This document shows, piece by piece, positions 55,106 through 64,000 of a stretch of 64,000 bases of DNA (position 1 is the first letter of the stretch; each line of letters starts with the position of its first letter). The notes under the pieces are model-generated. The model was not told the DNA's origin. It saw only the letters and a list, made by a program, of their open reading frames with translations, and ran no database searches. A program made the translations under genes and the position numbers. The stretch comes from Planctomycetota bacterium (GTDB taxonomy: Bacteria > Planctomycetota > MHYJ01 > JACPRB01), in the NCBI GenBank assembly GCA_016209705.1, contig JACQVR010000065.1, positions 965 through 64,964 of the forward strand. Direction: 5' to 3'.

Positions 55106-55408
55106 TTACCTCATCCAAAGCAGGGACGAGAGGGAAATCGGCACAATGCGAGGGTCCGGCACTACGACATCGTCTTCCAGGGTGACCAGAAGGCCGAAGG
55201 GAGCGTTATAGACGGTCTTCTCCATGAAGGCGCGCAGCCCCAGCGTATCCTCGTGCGGGTCCACGCGCTTTCGATATTTCACTTCGATCGGGATCCTGCG
55301 CGTTCCCACCGGACGTGCCAGCTCGATCGCACGCATCGCGATGTGCAAACTGGCGCTCGCGCGCTCGGGCCGGCGCGCGATGGACGATCTGGGATGGGCG
55401 CTCGACAT
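55106..55408 (-). pseudogene. C-terminal fragment of a DUF4143-type AAA ATPase
   Basis: IPIEVKYRKRVDPHEDTLGLRAFMEKT...GLLVT resembles DUF4143 C-terminal block; no N-terminal ATPase domain. Confidence 0.35.
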
Positions 55409-55818
55409 CTTCGCGCACCGGCGCGGGGAACTCGATATGATCTTGGGCTACACGGGAACGCACCTCTGGCACGACTTCGGCAACGCGTCGTATTTCTTTC
55501 TTTACTGCCACTGGTACGCCGCGGCGGCGTGTGGCTATCTGAAGAAGGAAGACGAGGAGCGCGCGCCACGTGGGTTATCTCATTCAGGAGGCGTTGCTCA
55601 AGGTGTAACGAGAGCAGGGCACGTGGTGGGACCACAAACTGGGCGGCGAGGTCTGCGGGACGGCGATGGCGCGCTTGGCGCTGGGGGAACTCAAATGGCT
55701 TTGCCCCCGCGCGTTCGAAACGCCAATCGAATCGTTGAAGAAGCCCAAGGCGCCGAGAAAAGAGTTCTGAGCACTTATTGGTTGACAATAATATCGTGAC
55801 ACGATATGATTTCCCGGC

Positions 55819-56103
55819 GTGATCCGCTCGTTCCGGAATGCAGAGACCGAGCGGGTGTTTTCGGGAATTCGATCGAGGAGCTTTCCTCCGGAGATTCAGC
55901 GCGCGGCCTTGAGAAAGTTGATCATGATCCACCGTTCCGGGACCCTTGCGGACCTTCGCGTTCCGCCGGCCAATCGGCTCGAAAAGCTTTCCGGTGGACG
56001 GAAGGGTCAATATTCTATTCGGATCAACGATCAATGGCGCGTTTGCTTTCGCTTTCAGGAGGGAGACGTTTGGGACGTGGAGATCGTTGACTATCACGCA
56101 TAA
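55819..56103 (+). CDS. higB: HigB-type toxin (RelE/ParE superfamily, plasmid-maintenance killer)
   Basis: GTG start; PANRLEKLSGGRKGQYSIRINDQWRVCFRFQEGDVWDVEIVDYH. Confidence 0.8.
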   Translation: MIRSFRNAETERVFSGIRSRSFPPEIQRAALRKLIMIHRSGTLADLRVPPANRLEKLSGGRKGQYSIRINDQWRVCFRFQEGDVWDVEIVDYHA

Positions 56104-56115
56104 GAAAGAAGAGCC

Positions 56116-56442
56116 ATGGCCAAGAGGAATCAAACGCCGCACGGCTTTCTGGATCCCATCCATCCGGGAGAAATCCTCATCGAGGAGTTCCTCAAGCCGA
56201 TGGGACTGTCGCAGTACCGCTTGGCCAAGGACCTGAGGATTTCGCCCATGCGGGTCAGCGAGATCGTGCGCGGTCGGAGAAGCATCAGCCCGGCCACCGG
56301 GCTTCTCCTCTCCCGGTATTTCGGGATGTCGGAATCCTTTTTTCTCGGCCTTCAAGAGGAATACGACCTTCGCAGGGCCAAGCAGGACGCTCAGGTGAAG
56401 AAAGCCTTGGCACGGATCCGGCCGATTCGACATGTGGGATAA
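56116..56442 (+). CDS. higA: HigA-type antitoxin (XRE-family HTH)
   Basis: IHPGEILIEEFLKPMGLSQYRLAKDLRISPMRVSEIVRGRRSISPATGLLLSRYFG. Confidence 0.8.
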   Translation: MAKRNQTPHGFLDPIHPGEILIEEFLKPMGLSQYRLAKDLRISPMRVSEIVRGRRSISPATGLLLSRYFGMSESFFLGLQEEYDLRRAKQDAQVKKALARIRPIRHVG

Positions 56443-56454
56443 ACTTCTTGGGGG

Positions 56455-56721
56455 GTGGACATGAACCCGTGCGCTTTGGACGAGCTTGAAAAGATGGCCC
56501 AGGGCAATCGACGATTCGGAGCCCGGCTGCGCATCGTTTCCGGAATCGGCCTCATCCTTTTCGGACTTGCCTTGTCCGTTGGGTGCGGCGCGATGCTGAT
56601 CGATACGGTGACCCACACCGGCTTTCAGGCCGGCTCATCAATCGCCTTCTTTGGCCTGGGCGCGCTTCTCGGCCTCGCCTCGTTGATCGGCGGCGTGCGA
56701 CTGCTCCGTGGCCGCCTCTGA
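56455..56721 (+). CDS. Small two-TM membrane protein (hypothetical)
   Basis: LRIVSGIGLILFGLALSVGCGAMLI ... IAFFGLGALLGLASLIGGV. Confidence 0.4.
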   Translation: MDMNPCALDELEKMAQGNRRFGARLRIVSGIGLILFGLALSVGCGAMLIDTVTHTGFQAGSSIAFFGLGALLGLASLIGGVRLLRGRL

Positions 56722-56836
56722 TGACCGACATGGCGGGGCCGTGAGCTTCCCGCGCATCGTCGGTCTGCCAATCCTTGACCCGGCGGATGCCACCGGACAG
56801 TCTATCCGTAGGTTAAATGACCTACATAAAGGTGAC

Positions 56837-57124
56837 ATGAAGTTCGCCAACGTGCGCGAGTTGAAGATCAACTCGAACTCCATTCTGAAAGACCTGGCCG
56901 AAGAAGACGTGGTGATCACCAACCGGGGCAAACCGGTGGCGGCGGTGATTTACATGGACGAAGACCTTCTGGATTCCTTCGTCCTCTCCCATCACCCCGC
57001 CTTGCTGAGGAGCATTGAGAGGGACGTCCGGCGCTGGAAGCGCGGGAAGCTGCGTCCGTACACGCTCGAGGAAGCCAAAGCCCGTTTGCTTCGCCGCCGA
57101 ACTCGACGAACCCGCCGCCGATGA
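56837..57124 (+). CDS. Phd/YefM-family antitoxin
   Basis: ATG 56837 with aaaggtga RBS; MKFANVRELKINSNSILKDLAEEDVVITNRGKPVAAVI. Confidence 0.75.
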   Translation: MKFANVRELKINSNSILKDLAEEDVVITNRGKPVAAVIYMDEDLLDSFVLSHHPALLRSIERDVRRWKRGKLRPYTLEEAKARLLRRRTRRTRRR

Positions 57125-57441
57125 AGCCGGTACAGGAGATCCTTCTCTTTCCCAAGGCGGTGCGGGACCTGGAGAAGCTGGATCAAAAGTACACCCGGCA
57201 AGTCCTGGAGGACGTGGAGCTGCTGCGCAACGATCCCTGGCCGGCCGGAAAAATCAAGAAGCGTCGCGGCACGCCGCTCTGGGAAATCAAGACCGGAGAT
57301 TATCGCAGTTTGTTCCTTCTGGAGCCGAAACGAGCGGTCATCGCCCGAGGGGTCAACCGCAAGACGCTTGAAGCCGCCGTCAAATCTTTCGACATAAGAT
57401 ACGTGCTGGATTGGCTGCGCCGCCAGGAAGGCAAAGCGTAG
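57121..57441 (+). CDS. RelE/ParE-family toxin
   Basis: ATGA overlap with antitoxin; KIKKRRGTPLWEIKTGDYRSLFLLEPKRAVIARGVNRK. Confidence 0.7.
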   Translation: MKPVQEILLFPKAVRDLEKLDQKYTRQVLEDVELLRNDPWPAGKIKKRRGTPLWEIKTGDYRSLFLLEPKRAVIARGVNRKTLEAAVKSFDIRYVLDWLRRQEGKA

Positions 57442-57462
57442 CTCACCAGCCCGCGCGATACC

Positions 57463-58305
57463 TCACAACCCGAGAAGAGATCCCGGATCGCCCAGGAAGA
57501 ACTCCTCCAGCGGCACGCCCTCGCGGCCGACGATCAAGACGCGCGACCAGGGAAAGCGTTTCCGGAACGCCGCCAAGCCGCCGAGGCGCCCCGGGCGGCC
57601 GCTTTTGACCTCCACTCCCACGCGTTCGCGGCCGGCTTGGACGACATAATCCACTTCATCGTTCCGCTCGCGCCAGGTGCCGATCGCGAACCGCGGCGGC
57701 GACAGCGCGTTGAGAAGATGCGCCCCGACCGCGTTCTCGACGAGCCGGCCCCAAAAGGCCGGGTCCTCCTGCGCTTCGGCGAGCGTGAGACCGGAAAGGG
57801 CGCTCACGAGCGCGTTGTTCCAGAAAACGATCTTCGGGCTTGAACCCCGCCGGCGGTCGCGGCCGGACATGCGTTCCAACCCCGAAACGAGAAAGGAAGC
57901 CTCGAGAAGCCGCAGATAGTGCGCCAGCGTCACCGTGTTGCCCGCATCGTGGAGCGTTCCGAGCATCTTGTTGAACGACAGGATCTCGGCTGGATGCTGC
58001 GCGGCCAGGCCGAACAGGTGCCGCAGAAGCATCGGCTTGCCGACCTGTTGGAGCGAAAGCACGTCGCGCGCGATGGCGGTTTCCACGAGCGCGTCGGCGA
58101 TGTAACGCCGCCACGCCTCCTCATCGCGGATCATCGGAGCGGCGCCGGGATAGCCGCCGAAGAAGAGCCATCGCTCCAGGTTCCATCCGAACGCCTCTCG
58201 GCATTCCCGATACGACCAATGCGGGCCGCGGTGCATATAGAAACGCCCGGCGAGGCTCTCCGTGAGTCCTTTCTGCACGAGCAACGCCGAAGAACCGAGC
58301 AGCAA
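57463..58305 (-). pseudogene. 5'-truncated DUF4143-family AAA ATPase (N-terminal P-loop region missing), adjacent to IS transposase
   Basis: Begins at GSSALL...ESLAGRF block; C-terminal DEVDYVVQAGRERVGVEVKSG DUF4143-like; no Walker A. Confidence 0.45.
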
Positions 58306-58459
58306 AGGCCGGATCGGGGCTTTCTCGCGGCGATCCTCCTCCCACAGCGCCTTGACGGCCTCGCTCCAGCCCTGTATCCCGCCGCTGATTCGTCTTCAGA
58401 TTTAAGGGGGCCGCGCCGCCGGCCCTGGGCGATACGCGAAGGGCACAGCATCCTCCGGA

Positions 58460-59641
58460 TTAGCGATGGACCTGGACCCAGGCGGGCATGAGGAGGTCCA
58501 AGGGTGGCGATTCTACTTCTTGGCTCCAAAGCAAGAGCACGGCGAGCGCTTGGCGAAAAATCCCCAACTCCGGGCCTCCGTTTCGGTCCTGCGTCACCTG
58601 CCGCAGGCGCTCGGCGGTCGTTTGAACCTGCCCCTCCAGCACGACGAAGACGTAATACAATCCCACCACTGCCACCAACCGTTTCAGCCCCTCTTCGTTC
58701 TTTAGTTGGTGAGCGGCCAGATCCAACATGGATTTTAAGTCCTTGAAAAGCTCCTCTTCCTTAAACCTTTTCGCGTACCAGTCCGCGGCCTCACTGAGCT
58801 CGGCCCGGTTCGTGGCCAGATACCAGGTGTCATCGCTGGGGTCGTTGGCCTCAAGCGCCGGAAGTCGCCGAATCGCCACGTGGAGGTTCTTTTGGTGTTC
58901 CTGGGTATAGGCGACGTTGGAGTAGCTCCGGCTCTCTCCCGGACCGATCGGGAGGTTTTGAAGTTCTACCCACTGGCCGGCGATCCGAACGAAAGCATCT
59001 CGATGCAATCGAATGACGTACGAGGCCTCCGCTTTTTCGATCGCCTCGAACAGCTCGGTCTTGGCAAACCCTCGATCCGCCAAGATCACGATCCGATGCC
59101 GAAGCTCCGGTGAGAGCCACCCCAAGAAGCGTTCTACCAATTCGATCTCTAGATCGGTCATCATGTTCTGAAGGTATCCTTCCGCCACGACCTGCACAGC
59201 CAACGGCAAGGCTCGCCCGTGATAGGGCAACGCGATCACTAGGCCCCAGAAGCCTTTACCCAGCTTGGTCCAGTCCAGCGTCACCAGGATCGGCCCCTTC
59301 TGCTCGGGAGCATCCCGGGGGTCCAAGAGGTGATGCGTTTGAGCTTCCCACAGTTCTTCCGCTTCGAAGACGCTGCGGGTCAGAAATCGCCAGATGCGGA
59401 ACTTCTTATATCGGAAGCTGTACGATCGCTTCGTTCCGTTTGGCTCGACCTGATAGAGCCACAGCCGCCGCGCCCACGCCGACAGGTTCGGCTCTTGAAC
59501 CTGAGCCAGAGCCCACATCAGAAGGCTCAGCGTCTTGACGGCACTGCGATGAACCCTGGACAAAACCCGTTCGGAGTATTTCATTATGGGCAAGGTCAGT
59601 GCTCTCATTTTCCTCTCCCTCTCTCTCGTTCCAGACTCCAA
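58460..59641 (-). mobile_element. IS4/IS701-like DDE transposase gene (IS element; ends not defined)
   Basis: DDE region IVILADRGFAKTELFEAI; YLATNRAELSEAADWYAKRF; ~390 aa. Confidence 0.65.
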
Positions 59642-59926
59642 GAGAGGGAGGGGATTTTTTTCTACCCCGATTCGCTCGGCTCAATCGCCTGAACCGCAAG
59701 CGGGACAACTGCTTGGACACGTCAGAGAACAGCCGCCCAAGAGAAAGAAGAGAGAGAAGAAAGAGAAGTTCCATCGGCAGCGATCGAGGCCCCCTCCCTC
59801 TCGCCCCGCCTTCGAGTATACCCTAAACTGGCGCAGGCGGGCGGCGCGGCCCCCCTCCCCGTGAAACTGAAGTCGAGTCAGATGCACTCATCGAAGGCCT
59901 GGAGGGACTCGCCGCGGATGGCGGAC

Positions 59927-60544
59927 TCACCATAGATCGGTATAATGACGCTGATTCTCATCCAGCAACTCGAGATCGTCGGCCTCATCCACGTCGCGCT
60001 CCGGCGGAAGCAATTTCCATGTATATCCTTTGGACCGGAGACGGTCCAGCGTCGCCTGGAGAACCCCGTCAGTGCCCCACGGGATGCCTGCGAACGCGTC
60101 AAGCTGGAGGCGCGAGGCGATGAGGTAATAACCGCCGTCCGGGCAGGGCCCCAACGCCGCATCGACGCTCCGCGCAGCCTCGAAGGCCTCTTCCACTCGA
60201 GCCTCCGTGAGGGACGGAATGTCGCTGCCGGCGATCGCCGCCACCTCATGTCGTTGAAGCAGGATCCGCAAGCAGTCCGCGAGGCGATTCGAAAGATCTC
60301 CATCCGCTTGAGGGAGAGTTGGTACTTCATACGCTCGGGCGAACTCGACCGCCCGGTTTCCGGGGTCGACGAACACCACGAAATCGTAGGATCGGCCGAC
60401 GTGTTCCTGGATCTGACTTTTCAAAATGTCTTCGTAAACCCGACAGGCCGCATTCGCGCCGATCCGGGCGGCAAGACGGGTCTTCACTTTCCCCGGCTCC
60501 GGATACCGGGCGAAGAGCGCCAGAACGTGGCCATTCAACAACAT
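59927..60544 (-). CDS. DUF2064-family nucleotidyltransferase-fold protein (rSAM/selenodomain-associated transferase 1, TIGR04282-like)
   Basis: VLALFARYPEPGKVKTRLAARIGANAACRVYEDIL N-terminus typical of DUF2064; start overlaps upstream gene stop. Confidence 0.6.
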   Translation of the reverse strand: MLLNGHVLALFARYPEPGKVKTRLAARIGANAACRVYEDILKSQIQEHVGRSYDFVVFVDPGNRAVEFARAYEVPTLPQADGDLSNRLADCLRILLQRHEVAAIAGSDIPSLTEARVEEAFEAARSVDAALGPCPDGGYYLIASRLQLDAFAGIPWGTDGVLQATLDRLRSKGYTWKLLPPERDVDEADDLELLDENQRHYTDLW

Positions 60545-63009
60545 TCACCTCCAGGGGCGCAGCACCGGAACTCCGCATGCGATGCCGCGTCGAAAACCAC
60601 GAAATGGTCCCGGTACGGGGGTTCCGACAACTTGGCGGCCGTATCCGTGCAAACTTCCACCGCTTCGTTCCTCGGGAAGAGGTGGCCTTCTTCGTCCATG
60701 ACGGACTGGTAGGGCCCCAGATACGCGGCCCACTGCCCCAAGAACTTGCAACCTTCCTTTTTCTCGAACTTGAAACCCCGCACCGAGACGGAGTAGAACT
60801 TGATGCCCTCGACTTCCTTCCAGTACGTCTTCTCGAGCAGCGTGATCCCGTAAAATCCGGCGCGCTCCAGTTCCGCCGAAAATTCCTCGGTCGTGAGCGC
60901 ACCGCCCAAGCATTGGCCTCGGAATTCTGGATCGTTCTCGAGCCGCGCCGGGACCCGGCGGTCCGCGACGATGTCGGACACGACGATCCGGCCGAAATTC
61001 CTCAGGACCCGCCACATCTCCCGGAACACCCGCTTCTTATCCGGCGAGAGATTGATCACGCAATTCGACAAGACTACGTCGGCGGTCCGGTCCGGCAGCG
61101 GAATTTCTTCAAGGTATCCTTTCCGGAACTCCACATTGGGGTATCCCAGCCGCCGCGCCACGATGTCCGCGCTGCGCCGCGCCCTTTCCAGCATGAGATC
61201 TGTCATATCGATGCCGTAGACCCGGCCTTTCGGGCCGACTTTTTTCGAGGCGATAAAACAATCGATGCCGCCGCCGGACCCGAGATCCACGACCGCCTCG
61301 CCGGCCACCAGGCCGGCGATCGCCACCGGGCTGCCGCAGCCGTAGAAGACGTCCAGCACCTCCTGCGGGATGTGCGCCGTATCCTCTTTGGAGTAACTCT
61401 TCGGACAGCACAGCTCTTTCTGCGGCTTCTCCGCCGCGGTCGAATAAAATTCCCGGACGGGCCGGCGGGCCGCGTCGAGATCGACCGAAAGAACGCACGC
61501 CGAGCGTCCCAGCGCCACGCCGGTTCCGTCTTCATCCGCACACACCCTCAAACCGTCGCCTCGACCGGAATACGGCACCGGACGGTGGAAGCCGGTCTTC
61601 GGTCCCCGCATGGTTTCGCGGCAAAGCTCTTCCATGGCGTCGTAGTACGATTGCTTGTAAAGCTCGCAGTACGGATCGAGATGCGCCATGCGCTCCACGC
61701 CGGATCCGGAATCCGCGTGCGCGTAGCTGTGTTCGATGTCGCCGCCGCCGCAGACGAAACGGATCGGGCATTCACGACATACGGGCTTCTTCACGACCGT
61801 CAACGCGCGAATCGCGCGCAACACCGGAGAGTCCAGCCAGATGTTTCGAAGTGGCTGTTCCAGCACGCTGCCGCACCGCAGGTCCGGCGCATTTGCGAGC
61901 GCCGCGGAAGGATAGACGTGGCCGTCCGAGTAGACGCACATGCTTTCGAAGCCGGCGTTGGAGAGGTCATATCGCACCGATCGGTCGGATCCGGCGCGCA
62001 ACCGGAATGCCTCCCAGTTGTCGACGATAATCCCGCTCTCGCGCGCGGCGACCCGCGCTTGGCGCAACGTTTCCAATGCGTCCTGCGCGGAAAGGCTGTA
62101 GTCGTCGGTGGAATCCATCGCCCGCCCCCGCTTGTGCGGCCACAGCAAGTGGTGGGTTTTCGCCCCGAGCTGCGCGACTAGGCGCGTGATCCGGGGGACG
62201 TCGGCGGCGTTCCGGCGGCAGACCGCCGTGGTCACGACCACATCGAAACCTTCTCGCACCGCCGTCCGGATGCCGTCGCAAATCCCCTGAAACGTTCCTT
62301 TGCCGCGAATCGGGTCGTTGGACGCGGCGTCCGCCCCATCCAGACTGATTTGCAGACCCAGCCGCCCGCGGTCGCAGGCGCGGAGCGCTTCCAGCCGCTT
62401 TCCGCTGAAGAGCAGGCCGTTGGTCAGGATGATCAGACGAGCCCGCGACGTCGCGTGGCGGATGAGCTCGAAGAGATCCGGCCGCACGAAGGGCTCGCCG
62501 CCCGTGAAAAAGACCAGCTCCACGCCGAGTTCGAACGCTTGGTCAAGGACATCTTTCACGCGCTCCGCCGGCAATCCGCGGTCGCCGTCCGGACCAGAGC
62601 CGACCAGACAATGGGCGCATTTCAAGTTGCACGAGTTGTTGGTGTGCACCCAAAGCTCCCGCAACCGGGTCGGCGCGAGGGCCTCATCCCTACCGCCATG
62701 GAAGCGGCCGTTGATCCGCTCCCGCCCGATCAAACCACGCCGCTCCAGGTGGCTGAAAAAGGTCGCGGCGTGCAACTGGGCCTCGTGAGGCGCCAGGCTC
62801 CGGCGTTGCGCGTACAAGGTGGCCACTTCGCCGAACGCGCGGTTCCCGTCAACCAGCTCCAGCAGCTCCGCGCCGCGCGCATCGCTTCCGATCCAGTTTC
62901 CCCGCTCCGGGTCCAGAAAGAGCGCGACTCCGTCTCGATCGACCCGGACCATATCGGGGCGATGCACGACTTGTCTGGCCTCTATCGTTTTCATGACGTC
63001 CCTCTTCAT
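60535..63009 (-). CDS. Fusion protein: N-terminal radical SAM + SPASM/twitch domain, C-terminal ArsM-type As(III) S-adenosylmethionine methyltransferase (~824 aa)
   Basis: r[11 protein letters not shown] + FFTGGEP; SPASM-like [19 protein letters not shown]; ArsM hallmarks CCPKSY...[61 protein letters not shown]-terminal CCAPGGECC; start MKRDVMK at 63009 (or MKTIEA 62994); the rest of the ORF-track frame 60535..63630 is R-rich artefact. Confidence 0.75.
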   Translation of the reverse strand: MKRDVMKTIEARQVVHRPDMVRVDRDGVALFLDPERGNWIGSDARGAELLELVDGNRAFGEVATLYAQRRSLAPHEAQLHAATFFSHLERRGLIGRERINGRFHGGRDEALAPTRLRELWVHTNNSCNLKCAHCLVGSGPDGDRGLPAERVKDVLDQAFELGVELVFFTGGEPFVRPDLFELIRHATSRARLIILTNGLLFSGKRLEALRACDRGRLGLQISLDGADAASNDPIRGKGTFQGICDGIRTAVREGFDVVVTTAVCRRNAADVPRITRLVAQLGAKTHHLLWPHKRGRAMDSTDDYSLSAQDALETLRQARVAARESGIIVDNWEAFRLRAGSDRSVRYDLSNAGFESMCVYSDGHVYPSAALANAPDLRCGSVLEQPLRNIWLDSPVLRAIRALTVVKKPVCRECPIRFVCGGGDIEHSYAHADSGSGVERMAHLDPYCELYKQSYYDAMEELCRETMRGPKTGFHRPVPYSGRGDGLRVCADEDGTGVALGRSACVLSVDLDAARRPVREFYSTAAEKPQKELCCPKSYSKEDTAHIPQEVLDVFYGCGSPVAIAGLVAGEAVVDLGSGGGIDCFIASKKVGPKGRVYGIDMTDLMLERARRSADIVARRLGYPNVEFRKGYLEEIPLPDRTADVVLSNCVINLSPDKKRVFREMWRVLRNFGRIVVSDIVADRRVPARLENDPEFRGQCLGGALTTEEFSAELERAGFYGITLLEKTYWKEVEGIKFYSVSVRGFKFEKKEGCKFLGQWAAYLGPYQSVMDEEGHLFPRNEAVEVCTDTAAKLSEPPYRDHFVVFDAASHAEFRCCAPGGECC

Positions 63010-64000
63010 TTCAAAATGGCAGCCATGATGGCGGACATGACTCCCGCGGCGGGCAACGTGACGATCCAGGCCAGCGCGATAGAGACGACAGCCTTCCGCC
63101 GGAGGCGATGGGTCGCCGTTCCCAATCCAAAAAGCGATCCGCATGAGACGTGCGTCGTCGAAACCGGCAGACCATACCTGGATGCGAGCGCGGTCAAGGC
63201 CGCCGTCACTAGGTTGGCCGTGATTCCCTGTCCGTGATTCATTTCGGTGATCTTTTTCGCCATGGTTTCGGCAACCCGCCTCGCTTGAAGGAGGGCTCCG
63301 AGCGCGATCGCCAATCCGACTACGACGGTCGAGGAGCCCACATCGAGCGCCCGTGCGGCCAGCAGCAGAGCGACGATCTTGGGGGTGTCGTTGAGGCCCC
63401 GCGCGAACGAAACGGCCCCGGCGCTTACGACATGGCCCGTGTCCAGGGCGCTTTGCGCATCGATCGAGAAGAGAGTTCCCTGATATCGGTCCTGGCACAC
63501 TGTCAAGGTCGGGACACCGGAGGCCGCTTGGGTTCGCCCGCTTGCGAGAACCGCCACGGGAACCCATCGCTCTCCGACGCAGATGCATGTCTCGCGGCGC
63601 ACGCCCATGCGAACCCGCAGAGAACGACATAGTGGATAGAGAACCAGGGTCAGCGCCGCCGCGGCCAGGGGTGAGATCAATAATGGGAGAAAGAATTTTG
63701 CCCCAAGCATCGAGAAACGGACATCTCCCTGTGCCAGGACCAGTCCCGCTCCCGTAAGCGCGCCGATCAACGCGTGGGTGGTCGAGATGGGAAAAGACAG
63801 AAGCGTCGCCAGGATCACCGTAAGAGCCGCTGAAAGACCGACGGCGGTAGCGAAGGTCGAGGCTCCCGCCACCTCATCGGGGACGAGTCCCGCGCCGCTG
63901 AACGTTTTGACCAGCTCTCCGGCGAAAAGGAAAGCAACGGCGGATCCCGCCAACGTGCAGAACGTTCCCCACGCGAGGGCCATCCCATAGCGTGTGGTCC
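63006..64000 (-). CDS. PiT-family inorganic phosphate (arsenate?) transporter, 5' end beyond window
   Basis: GLNDTPKI and PVSTTH PHO4-family motifs; the N-terminal GANDVAN repeat is not yet present, implying the gene continues past position 64000; stop overlaps rSAM-ArsM start (ATGA). Confidence 0.7.
   Translation of the reverse strand, partial: TTRYGMALAWGTFCTLAGSAVAFLFAGELVKTFSGAGLVPDEVAGASTFATAVGLSAALTVILATLLSFPISTTHALIGALTGAGLVLAQGDVRFSMLGAKFFLPLLISPLAAAALTLVLYPLCRSLRVRMGVRRETCICVGERWVPVAVLASGRTQAASGVPTLTVCQDRYQGTLFSIDAQSALDTGHVVSAGAVSFARGLNDTPKIVALLLAARALDVGSSTVVVGLAIALGALLQARRVAETMAKKITEMNHGQGITANLVTAALTALASRYGLPVSTTHVSCGSLFGLGTATHRLRRKAVVSIALAWIVTLPAAGVMSAIMAAILK

Noticed and set aside
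55279-56616. 445-aa minus-strand ORF
   Set aside because: Antisense to the well-supported higB/higA genes with an R/P/S-rich composition; a typical high-GC spurious ORF.
59945-62181. Plus-strand ORFs 59945..60712 (255 aa) and 60319..62181 (620 aa)
   Set aside because: Antisense to the DUF2064 and rSAM-ArsM genes; R/G/P-rich and motif-free.
1-64000. CRISPR arrays, rRNA genes
   Set aside because: No regularly spaced direct repeats of 25-40 bp and no rRNA-like conserved stretches were seen. The only tandem/inverted repeats are the short elements listed as features.

Overview
High-GC (by eye) bacterial chromosomal window, densely coding on both strands, with no rRNA, tRNA or CRISPR seen. In order along the window:

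- **1-24 kb, extracellular electron transfer supercluster.**
  - An outer-membrane beta-barrel gene followed by a 13-heme cytochrome c and a large decaheme lipoprotein cytochrome: a porin-cytochrome (Pcc-like) conduit.
  - A putative sigma-54-dependent operon encoding a tetraheme cytochrome, a dedicated System II cytochrome c maturation pair (ResB/CcsA), and an ACIII/Qrc/Psr-like quinone module (pentaheme cytochrome, molybdopterin-oxidoreductase-like subunit, 4Fe-4S subunit, NrfD-like membrane subunit).
  - A histidine kinase plus sigma-54 activator pair, followed by a second paralogous decaheme lipoprotein cytochrome behind a clear -24/-12 promoter.
  - A second NrfD-like membrane protein with two small TM proteins behind another sigma-54 promoter.
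- **24-30 kb.** A TetR-controlled MacAB/HlyD-type efflux system (with a 34-bp perfect palindromic operator) and a hemerythrin-CMD fusion gene.
- **30-42 kb, minus strand.** A sigma-54 activator, a sigma-54 promoter, a USP gene, and an Mrp/Mbh-like multisubunit cation:proton antiporter (E-F-G-B'-B-C-D-D'-x-A'). It is translationally coupled to a polytopic membrane protein and a dynamin-like GTPase.
- **42-54 kb.** Secreted/hypothetical proteins, PilZ, a MocR regulator with transporter, and an alkylation-repair island (PAT/ArsN1-like GNAT, DinB, Ada-AlkA, Ogt, PLP decarboxylase).
- **54.4-59.7 kb.** A decayed toxin-antitoxin/mobile island (HicB, HigBA, Phd-RelE, gene fragments, IS4-family transposase).
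- **59.9 kb to window end.** The most unusual locus: a PiT-family transporter, a radical-SAM/SPASM protein fused to an ArsM-type arsenite methyltransferase, and a DUF2064 (rSAM-associated transferase-like) gene. This is a candidate organoarsenical biosynthesis module.

Several families of non-coding repeat/hairpin elements recur across the window.
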